A stretch of 45,328 nucleotides of DNA from Naegleria gruberi. Lineage: Eukaryota. Shown piece by piece: positions 33,542 to 45,300 of this stretch. The stretch lies in the NCBI GenBank assembly GCA_000004985.1, contig GG738941.1, one strand, 5' to 3'. A program made the position numbers and the translations under genes. The notes under the pieces were generated by a model that saw only the letters and a list, made by a program, of their open reading frames with translations, was not told the DNA's origin and searched no databases. Every line of letters starts with the position of its first letter. The first letter of the stretch is position 1.

Positions 33542-33551
33542 TTTTCATTTT
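33541..33551 (+). terminator. Pol III-type T-run terminator of the 5S gene (TTTTTcaTTTT)
   Basis: A T5 run immediately after the 5S 3' end, followed by a second T4 run. Confidence 0.5.
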
Positions 33552-33867
33552 ACCTTATGGATTATTTAATTATGATATTGATCGCAACCACAAGTTTCTC
33601 TTTCTAAAAACATCAAATTTAAATTTGATAAATATATGACAATTATCAAGCTTTTATAAACAACAAACTTACTGAACCAACAATCAATAGATTCGTTGCC
33701 TTCACTGTTCATACAGTCAAAGACTGTAGCGGGATTGTCGTCATATTCCTGGCAGGCTTCCCGTCTATTACATCATAAAGCGAAAATTTTAATGTGAATA
33801 ATGCCCAACCATTTGCAACGACTCAGTTGAAAAAGAACCAATTTGTTGTGTAGCAAACTTTAAAAAA

Positions 33868-35557
33868 ATGATCACACAACCAAACCATTCCATCACATCA
33901 AAAGTCACTGAAAATATCCTATTCTCTGATGATGCACTTTTTGAAATTTTATCTTTTCACAATGATTTTACATTTATTGTAACCAGTTGTGCATTAGTTT
34001 CGAAACAGTGGTTTAATGTCATTAAATATAATTGTAAACACCTCTCCATATCATATTATGGTGATCGGGAAATGGTTGGTCAATTTTTGGAAAATATTGC
34101 ACCTTGGAGTGAGAATGAATGAAGAAATTGGATTTAATTTACAGGTTTTGGATTCGATGAAAGGATTGAAAAAACTCAATTTAGAATACAATAATAATAT
34201 TGATCCAAACGGAATTAAGTATTTAGGCTCACTGAAACAATTGACTGATCTCAATATATCTTGTTGTTACATTGGATTGACTGAGAATTTGAGTTATTTG
34301 ACATTATTGAAAGCACTAACTCATCTTGATATAGCGAGTAATAATATTAGTGCAGAAGGAGCCAAATGCATTGGTGAAATGAAGCAATTGGCTAATCTTT
34401 CTATTGGTTCCAATGATATTGGAACAGAAGGAGCCAAGTATATTGGTGAAATGAAGCAATTGAAACAACTTCATATTGCTAATAATAATATTGGCCCAGA
34501 AGGAGCCAAGTACATTAGTGGTCTTGAACAATTAACTTATCTTGATATCTGTTTAAATGATATTAACGAATATGGAGCAAAGTGTATTAGTTAATTGAAA
34601 CAGTTGACTTACCTTGATTGTGTTGGAAACCGTATTTGTGATGGTGGAGCTAAATTTATAAGTGAAATGAAACAATTAACTAATCTTAATGTTCGACATA
34701 ATGATATTGATGAGGAGGGAGCCAAGTATATTAGTGAATTGATGAATGTAAGCACACTTGATATTAGTGGTAATTCTATTAATAAGAGGGGAGCCAAGTA
34801 TATTGGTGAAATGAAACAATTAACAGATCTTGGAATGTATTGTTGTAGCATTGGAGTGGAAGGAACAAAATATATTTCATCATTGAATCAATTAACTCAT
34901 CTTTCTATCAACATAAATAATATTGGGGATGAAGGAGCCAAGTACATTGGCCAAATCAAACAATTAACAGATCTTAGCATATGTGATAATAAGATTGGAA
35001 GTGAAGGAGTAAAATATATTGGTCAATTGAAAAATTTACTTAAACTTTACGTTTCTTGCAATGAGATTGGAGATAATGGAGCTCAATTTATAAGTGAAAT
35101 GAACCAATTGACTAAACTTGATATTTCGAGTGTTAATATTACACCAATAGGTATAAAATATATCAGTAAAATGGAGCATTTAATTGACCTAATGATTAGT
35201 GATAATAATATTGATTCGATGGGCGCAAAACATATCAGTCAAATGAAATTAACAAGTCTTGAAGTCTATAACAATACCATTGATGTTGAAGGAGCTAAAT
35301 ATCTAAGTGAAATGGAACAATTAACTAATCTTGAGATATCTAAAAATGAAATTGGTGACAAAGGTGTACAATTCTTAAGTGGAATGAAGCAATTAACCAG
35401 CCTTGACATAAATGAAAATAAGATAAGCGACGTGGGAGCCAAATATATTCTGGAAATGAAGAATTTGATAGATCTGAGTGTATTTGACAATGAGATCAGT
35501 GAGGATATAATTGAACGTTTAAGAGAAATGAAACAGTTAACTTATCTTGATATTTAA
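33868..35557 (+). CDS. F-box + RNI-type LRR protein locus, disrupted: F-box segment 33868..34122 (frame 1), LRR segment 34016..34591 (frame 2), in-frame TAA at 34592-34594, LRR segment 34595..35557; intron and/or pseudogene
   Basis: ATG at 33868 in 'ttaaaaaaATGatc' context. F-box motif ILFSDDALFEILSFHNDFTFIVTSCALVSKQWFNVI. There are then >20 tandem ~24-aa LRRs of type LTxLDISxNxIGxEGAKYI[SG]EMKQ. The LRR frame is +1 relative to the F-box frame. TAA 34592-94 sits where every other repeat has a GAA/CAA/GGA-type codon, the following TTG is in the same frame, and the repeat register continues across it. Confidence 0.6.
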
Positions 35558-36385
35558 AATAGGAAAATCTTTTATGTAATATACTTTTTCTTGAACCTTT
35601 GAAATGACAAAATGAAATCTATTCCACAAATGGATTTCTTTCTGTCTATTTGTAAACTCTCAAAGTGTGGTGAAATAAGTGTCACATCAGATCGAGAACT
35701 TTTCCTAATGGGCCACAAAATAACGACTTGTAAACTTTGCCAATAATCTTTTTCACTTTCGAATAACTCCTGGTTACCATGTGACACATTTGATGTTTTA
35801 AATAAATATTCAATCAAAAAAATCTTCATCACATGTAGCAGCAATTCCGCGTAAAATCTATAAATTTGTTTCCCATGACTTGTTCTTCATTAAATAATAA
35901 TATTAATTGTCAATATGGCAATGATGATAGTGATGAATTTTTTTAATTAAAATTACATTTGATTATTCAACATTTAAAGCGGTTCATCCTTCCGATTTAT
36001 CAACAATTAATTTTAAAAGGAGCACATACACATTATTGCGTAATGGCAAAAGGTCGACCAATTTTATCTGAACGAACGAGTTGTTGGGTTGTCTGCAAAC
36101 TATTACGATTCTCTAAAAACAGTGAGTTGCACTACAACTACCAATTATATCAGGCCGAACTCATCAATGAGAACCCTTCTTCCTGTTGGCTGTAAAGTAA
36201 TTCTTCCAGGAAAAACAGCTCGAGTGGGCGCCTTAATAACACAATAATAAGGAAACTGATGTTACACTTCAATAGAGATATTTGAAAAAACAACAAGACT
36301 CATCTTCTGTCTGACTAGTGAGAAATTACTCTCTTTTGAATTATTAAGCCCTGTAGTAGTTTCAAAGTAGTGGTAGTAATATAGC

Positions 36386-39300
36386 ATGACAATAACAACA
36401 ACAGGGAAGGTGTCATTAAGGGAAGGAGAAAACATGATGATGAAAATTCTACCTTCTCATCATCACCACTCTAAGAAATTTCACATGTTAAATTATACAT
36501 CATCAACAACAACTGTTGGCATTATTATTGTGGTGCTTTTTATGCTACTTATTAGTATGCATCTAATCACTTGTAGTTTTACTTGTAATTTTATTGACGA
36601 ATCAGATACATTGAATGTTTGTTCAGGAAATGGAACATGCATAGCCGATGATGAATGCCAATGTAATTCTGGCTTTTTGGGCAATAATTGTGAATATGTA
36701 CAGTGTTTTGGAATAAGTAATGAGATGGTACAACAAGTGTGTAATGGGCATGGTATTTGTATCGGGCCAGATGTTTGTTTATGTGACTATAATTATCAAG
36801 GTGAATCATGTAACCAAACCATACCAACACAACCAACACAACCTACGACGATAACATGTTTTGGAGTGGAAAAGAATACGCCAAATGTTTGTTCAGGTAG
36901 AGGAAGTTGTTCCCAACAAGATTTGTGCTCTTGCTCAGCTGGATTCAATGGACATAGATGTGAGAAGGACATTTTCGCTGGTTACAAACTGGTTTCGAGC
37001 TCAAATTTGATTATTGCTAAAAATTCAGAGACAAATGTAAATTTAACAGCCAGTATTGCAGCTACAGAAATAGTCCTCTCCTCAATTTATGGCTACGAAC
37101 CAGTAGCTTACATTCCACAAGGACAAGCCACTATTACCACAATCGATCCAAATGATTTGAATAACTTTGCTGGATTACTCTACAATGAGACTGAAAAGAA
37201 GGTTATTGAATTGTTTTCTCTTCCGTGTACTCAACAAATTTCAAATCCAGATACAGATATGAGTCGATTGATTGTTGTAAAACATGGTGGTGTCTATTGT
37301 ATGGATCAAGGTTGGAGAGTTGATGGTCATACTTTTGTAATTGTTGGAACTGAGACTGTAGTTTTCAAATTACCATTTGCTGTCTACACACAAGCCACCT
37401 TTTACTATTTGGAATGTGCTTCATATAGAAATGTATTTTGGATAACCTATGATGGACAAGTGGAGAGAACATCATTTTCAGGAAATGTTCATGGTACTAT
37501 TATTGGAATTGAATCAGGTTTTGATGTTTCTGATATTGTTTATGGATCTGTATGGTATTGGGGAAGATCCTCTCAAATTATGCTTTTTGAGGCAACATTT
37601 ACTGAGCCAATAACTTTCAATCAGGAGGAGCCATACTTTAGAGATGAATGTGCCAGAACTTATTGTTTTGGAATTATATCGAGTGATAATTCCAGTTGTA
37701 ATGGAAGAGGACTTTGTGTTGCCAATAATACGTGTCTCTGTAATGAGGAATCTTATGGCGACGAGTGTTCATTCTATGCATGTAATGGAATTACTGGAGA
37801 TGGATTTGGAGTTTGTACTGGACACGGAGATTGTATCGCCACAGACACTTGCTCCTGTCGTGATAATTATAATGGAACTTGGTGTGAGTGGACTACATGT
37901 GCTGGAATACCAAATACTGAATCAGAAGTTTGTAATAGCAGAGGTTTATGTTTGGATCACGATTCTTGTTCATGTGATCCCCAATTTGGATATGGAGGAG
38001 CAAATTGTGATATTCCAGTTTGTAATGGAGGTGTTGGAACTTGTACAGGATCTAGAGGTGTTTGTACAGCTCCTGATGTTTGTTTATGCTCTCCTGAATT
38101 CTTTGGTGAGTTTTGTGAAAAATCATTTTGTTATGGTATTGCCTCAAATGATAGTTCTGTATGTTCTGGTGGTCATGGTACTTGTCTGAATACAGATACA
38201 TGTGTTTGTCATGATGGCTACATGGGAACTTTATGTGATGGTTTCACATGTATGGGCTTTACCAATAATGACTCTGCAGTTTGTTCAGGAAGAGGATCAT
38301 GCATTGATGCCAACATGTGTCAATGTAATAATGGATTTACTGGTTCTAATTGTGAAATTTCAACTTGTTATGGTATTTCCAGTATTAACTCTTCATTTGT
38401 TTGTAGTGGAAAAGGAATTTGTACTGGTGTTGATACTTGTGTGTGTCAAAATAATTACACTGGTTACATGTGTCAGGAAACAACATGTGATGGTATTGAG
38501 TCAACCAATGAAACCGTTTGTAATGGACACGGCTCTTGTTTTCCTAAAGACAAATGTAATTGTCTTATTGAATTCGTTGGAGAAAAATGTCAATATCCAA
38601 CTTGCTTCGGTATTTCAGCACTAAATGAAAGTGTTTGTGGTGGAAGAGGAAATTGTACAGAATTGAATGAATGCAATTGTACAGAGAATTATTTGGGAGA
38701 GGAATGCCAATTGACAACTTGTAATGGAGTACCGTCAAATAGTTCCTTCACTTGTGGAGCACATGGACAATGTCTTGACTTTGATACTTGCCAATGTGAG
38801 GATTATTACTTAGGATCTTTTTGTGAAGAATTTGAATGTTTTGGAGTGTCAACCCATTCTTCATCTGTTTGTTCAGGAAGAGGTACTTGCTTAGCTTTTG
38901 ACAGCTGTGCTTGTAGTCCAAGTACATTTGGTGGAAATTGTGAATTTACTCGTTGTAATGGAACTATCAATACAGATCCACATGTGTGTAATGGATTGGG
39001 TTCATGTATTAACCCTGAAGTTTGTGTTTGTGTTCCAAATTATTTTGGTGATTTTTGCGAAGTAACAACTTGTGGTGGAGTTCCATCCAATTCCTCAAAC
39101 GTTTGTAATGGGCATGGTAGTTGTATTTCATTTAATACATGTATCTGTGAGGAGCTTTTTGCTGGAGCCACATGTGAAATGTTTCAAAACGATATATTTG
39201 CAGGATACAAATTAATTAGTACGAATCCAGTTTTGGTCAAGACTAATCCTTCCAATTATGCTCTCCTCAATGCCTCAATGTTGATTCCTTCAATGAATGC

Positions 39301-42300
39301 CAGCTCGGGTCAATACATTTATATATCCAATAAGAATGCAGTAATTACCAATACTAATTCAACGATGGGAAGTTGGATTCTCAGTAAGGCCATGTTACAA
39401 GTTAATTCTTTAGAAAAATTAGCATGTACTGTGAATGTAACTAATCCAGCAACATATTTTGGGACTAAAATTGTCATCAAACATGGTGGAGTTTATTGTT
39501 TCCAATCATCCAGTTGGACATTGACTTCAAGTCAACAATTTATTATTATTGGAACAGAGCCTGTAATTTTCAGAGCGAATACAATCACTTCCACTGGTCC
39601 TTCATTCACATATCTTGAATGTGCGTCATTTAGAAATGTTTTCTGGTTCACTTATGGTGTAAACTCTACAACTTCAACTTTTAACGGAACTGTTCATGGA
39701 ACTGTAATAGCCAAAGGTGGAAGTTTGAGTATTGGTGGAAGTGTTCAAGGTACTGCCTGGTATGTTGCCAATACTAACACGTTCAATCCAACTTTGATTA
39801 ATGCAAGATTTGCTACTCCAACCACCTTCTCACCATTTGATCCATACATAACATCTTCTTGTGATTATACCACTTGTTACAATATTAAATCAACTAATGG
39901 TTCAGTATGTTCTGGAAAGGGTTCCTGCACTGATTTAGATACATGTGTTTGTCAAACAAACTCATACGGAACTGATTGTTCTCTATACAAATGTAACGGT
40001 ATTCTAAGTAGCTCTGCATTTGTGTGTAGTGGACACGGAGATTGTGTTAATCCAAATACATGTTCTTGTGATTTACATTACAATAATACTTATTGTGATG
40101 AAACTTCATGTAATGGAATTGAGAGTACTGATCCATATGTGTGTAACTCAAGAGGTCAATGTAAAACCTTTAACAAATGTACTTGCAATACTGCCCTAGG
40201 TTTCGGTGGAGACAATTGTGATATTTTCTTGTGTGGTGGTGTTTTGGCTACTAGTGCATCAGTTTGTTCTGGGCATGGTGAGTGTACAGCACCAAATACT
40301 TGTGCATGTGCTGACCATTATTCAGGAACCTATTGTGGAACTACAAGTTGTTTTGGAATTTCGAGTGGAGATTCGAGTGTTTGTTCTGGAAATGGACGTT
40401 GTTCGTCTTATGACACTTGTACTTGTAAAACTGGATATTATGGATCGGATTGTTCCAATTATAATTGTTATGGAATTAATAAGGATGATTCAAAAGTTTG
40501 TGCTTCCCATGGTGAATGTATAGATTACAATAATTGTAAATGCCAAGATGGATATTTTGGTTCAGATTGTTCCATGACCAAATGTTTTGGAATTTTAAGT
40601 AATTCTACATTGGCATGTTCATCAAAGGGTACTTGTACAGCACTCGATACCTGTACTTGTATATCAAATTACACAGGTAGCCAATGTCAAGAAACTACCT
40701 GTAATAATATTCCTTCGACAGATCCAAATGTTTGTAATGGACATGGTAAATGTTGGCCATTAGAGACTTGTACATGTAGTGCTTCATCTGGATATACTGG
40801 AAACTATTGTCAATTACCTATTTGTTATGGCTATTATTCTACTCATGCCTCAGCATGTACTTCCCAAACAAGAGGACAATGTATTGCTCCAAATAATTGT
40901 TCTTGTGCAGAGCATTATTATGGAACTATTTGTGAAAAAACAACTTGTAATGGTGGAGCTTCTGATTACTTTTTAACTTGTTCTAATCATGGTTTGTGTA
41001 CAGCATTTAATACATGTACCTGCGCATTTGGTTATTCAGGATCTGATTGTGAACTTTATGGATGTAATGGTATATCCAGTTTGTCAAATAACACATGTTC
41101 AGGTAATGGAGTGTGTCGTGGGTATAATTGGTGCTCGTGCAAAAGTGGATATATTGGAAATTATTGTCAATTGACAAGTTGTAATGGAATTCAAAGCGAC
41201 TCAGCAAGTGTTTGTTCTGGTAAGCACGGAGACTGTATAGCTTATGAAACATGTGCCTGCCATGAACATTATTGGGGAACTGATTGTGAATTCACCACGT
41301 GTAATGGAACAGTCAACTCTAATCTGACCTATGTGTGTAGTGGACACGGAAAATGTAATGCCTACGATAAGTGCACTTGTGATTTTGATTATGATGGTGA
41401 CTGGTGTGAAAATTACGTGTATGACAATTTTGCTGGTTACAGGGTTGCCATAAAAGACAATATACGAATTTCCTATCAAAAAGATTTGCCATTTGCAGCA
41501 AATGTTAACTCCTATCCATTTTATAGAGTAGATTCCACAAAAGGAGTACCTTATTACGTTGGTAATGCAAACTTTACTGAGGCACTCTCTACTCAACTCA
41601 TTCATGAAAAGGCAAGCACACACTTTTATAGAAATTACAAAATGGGTAGCTGTAAATGGATATATGATATCGAAAATCCCTTTGTAGTTAGGAATGGTGG
41701 TGTTTTTTGCTTATCCTCCTCAATGTATCTTTCTCCAAGTAACAAAATTGTAATTATTGGCCCAGAGCCTGTAATTTTTATTATCCAAAGTGGGTACTTG
41801 ACATACATTTATCCAAATATAATATTTGCAGAATGTGCTTCGTACAGAAATTTAATATTTATGGTTTGGAGTAGGATATATGTTACTCGTTGGAATGATT
41901 GGACTGGTTGGTACTCTTATTGGTCCACAGTAACTAGTGTAATTACTGGTGGACCTTATGGATCTAATTTACCACCTATATCTGCCACTTTCTTTGGTAT
42001 GGATGGCTATTTTGAGTTCCATGGAAAGTTTGCTGGTTTAATTGTGAACAGTAGATATATTCAATTCTATGATGTTAGTTTAGAAGAGCCTTATTCTTTT
42101 GATAGATATGAACCATACATTACAGAAGAGTGCCTTAATTTGACCAATTGCTTTAATATTTATTCCAATAATGAAACTGTTTGTACAGGAAGAGGAAGTT
42201 GTATAGATTATGACGTTTGCACTTGTAGAGATATTTCATATGGTAAAGATTGTTCCATTTCCAAGTGTAACGGAATCATGGGAAATTTGACCAGTGTTTG

Positions 42301-45300
42301 TAGTGGACACGGAAAGTGTACAGATCATGACGTATGCACATGTGATACTCACTATTATGGAGAGTGGTGTCAATATACAACTTGTAATATTTATAATAAT
42401 ACGGAGCCAGAAGTTTGCAATAGTCGTGGTGTATGTCCACTCTATAATAATTGTACTTGTGACTTATCTTATGGATACACTGGATATGATTGTGAAACAC
42501 CAATATGTTACAATTACACGGCCACAAATTCTAAAGTTTGTTCTGGACATGGTAGTTGTTACCTTCCAGATTCTTGTAATTGTAGTGATTTATATTTTGG
42601 AGACAATTGCGAGAAAACTTATTGTTATGGAATTGAATCCAATTCCTCAATGGTTTGTACTGCACGTGGTCGTTGTTGGCCTTACAATACCTGTAATTGT
42701 ACAACAGGTTATTATGGCGTTTCATGTGCTGAATATAATTGTTTTGGTATTAACAGAAATAGCTCACTTGGCTGTAGTAATAGAGGTACCTGTTCCAATA
42801 TCAATACATGTGATTGCAGAGATGGATATTATGGATCCAATTGTTCAGTTTCTAAATGCTTTGGTGTGTTCAGTAATTCATCATTGACATGTAATGGATT
42901 GGGTACTTGTAAAAATACTAATAATTGTACCTGTACCACAAATTACTTTGGTTTAAACTGTAATGAAACTTATTGTAATTCAGTCAAATCAACCAATAGT
43001 TCTGTATGTACTGCACGTGGTCAATGTTGGCCATATAATAATTGTACATGTTCAACTGGTTACACTGGATTATGGTGCCAAATTGGTATCTGTTTTGGTG
43101 TGAATGGATCTAGTCCTTCAACTTGTAATGGTCTAGGATCATGTTTAAGTTATAATAACTGTAATTGTTCAAAGAATTATTATGGAGATAATTGTAATGT
43201 AACTACTTGTAGTGGAATACTTTCTAATAACACAAAAGTGTGCTCAGGAAGAGGTTCATGTTGGCCTTATAATAATTGCACTTGTAAGGCAGGATATTTT
43301 GGATCTAATTGTGAATTGGATTATTTTGCTGGTTACAAATTTGAAACCACCTATACTGGACAATATAAATTTACAGCAAGTGGTAATTCTGTAATCACAA
43401 ATACCACAACCACAGCCACAGGACAGAATTTAGTTACCTCTTTGGGAAGGAGAATTGCTGAACTTGCAGCAATGCCTTGCACATATACTATTTCAAATCC
43501 AACAACTGAATTAGGAAGAAAGATCTTAGTTAGAAATGGAGGAGTTTATTGTATTAGTAACAGTTGGACAATTGATGGACAAACTTTTACAATTATTGGT
43601 ACTGAGCCAGTTGTTTTCAAAATGAATAATCTCAAATATTCTAGTGCTATTTTCAATTATATTGAATGTGCTTCTTATAGAAATGTATTTTGGCTACCAA
43701 ATGATGCAGTTGGCTACAGTAATTTTACAGGTACAATTCACGGCACGGTAATTACAAGTAGTGCAAACATTGATTATTGGATTAATGCAGCTGATGTTCA
43801 AGGTGCTTTTTGGTTCTATTCACCAACTTATCAAGGAAAGACCTACCTTAAAGATTCTAAATTTGGAGTACCTTATACATTTGACCAAAGTGTAATGACA
43901 CTCGACAGCAAATGTAATTATTTCACATGCTTCAATATTACTTCCAACAAGAATTCTACTTGTGCAGGAAAGGGTAAATGTGTTGATTTTGACACTTGTG
44001 TTTGTAATCCAAATACTTATGGAAAAGATTGTTCTATTTCCATTTGTAATGGAACCTTTGGTAATTACTCAACTGTATGTAGTGGACATGGTAGCTGTAT
44101 TTCACAAGACAAGTGTTCTTGTAGCTATGGTCATAATGGTACTTGGTGTCAATATACTTCCTGTTCAGGATTACCTGCCTCTTCACCACTTGTTTGTAGT
44201 CAACGTGGTGTATGTGAATTTTACAATAATTGCACTTGTAATTCAACTCTGGGTTATGGCGGACCTAATTGTGATACTCCGGTATGTAATGGATTGGTTG
44301 GTTTATGTAGTGGTCTTGGAAGAGGTCAATGTCTCTCACCAAACACTTGTTCTTGTAATGCACATTATTATGGTGAATTTTGTCAGTTTACAACCTGTTA
44401 TGGAATTGAATCTAACAATGTTTCAAAAGTTTGTAGCGGAAGAGGAATTTGTTCTGCATATAATAATTGTACATGTAGAGCTGGTTTTATTGGAAATCAA
44501 TGTGAATATGATGTGTTTGCCGGTTACAAACTTGTCAGTAATCAACCTCCTTTGCTTCTCAAAAATTCAAAGATAAATGCTCCGTTGGTTGCTGGTATTG
44601 TTGTTCCTTCACAAAAAATCAATCCTCCAAGCTTATTATATCCAGATAAGGTTTATCCCTACACTGCTCAAGGAAATGCCATTATTACAACTCCTACAAG
44701 CGTTAATGGTTCACTAATCATGAAAGAACTTTCAAAGAAAGTAGTTGAATTACAGAACCTACCTTGTGATTACATTATCAACAAGCCAGATACGGAAATG
44801 GGTCAAAAAATTGTGATTGAATTTGGTGGAGTGTATTGTTTCAAAAATGGTTGGACAATTAATGGACAACAATTTATCATTGTCGGAACTCAACCTGTTG
44901 TTTTCAAGGTTCCTTACTTGAAATATTTGGGAGCTACTTTCAAATATTTGAAATGTGCATCTTATAGAAACGTTTTTTGGTTCCCTAATTTCTATGGAGT
45001 CGGTTTCACTGGTAAATTACTAACCAATACATTTTCTGGAAATGTTCATGGAACAATTGTTGCAAGATATGGTTATGACTTTATGATTGCCGATAATATT
45101 CAAGGATCTATTTGGTTCTATACTACAGAAACTGGTTATGTAACGTTGAAAGAAGCAAGATTAAGTACTCCAATCACTTTCAATCCACTACTTCCATATG
45201 AACAAGAGGTTTGCAATACTTTCACATGTTATGAAATTGAATCTAGTGCAAATAATACTTGCTCAGGAAGAGGTCGATGTGTTGATTACAATAATTGTCA

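Noticed and set aside
34109-34144. 36-nt GTGAGA...TTTACAG intron joining the F-box and LRR frames
   Set aside because: Its length is 0 mod 3, whereas the frame shift needs 1 mod 3. Splicing it produces a stop after 16 codons.
26648-36385. tRNA genes or retrotransposon/tRNA-targeting elements in the intergenic spacers
   Set aside because: No cloverleaf-compatible sequence with a GTTCRA T-loop or acceptor stems was found by eye. No RT, integrase or LTR-like ORFs or terminal repeats were found either.
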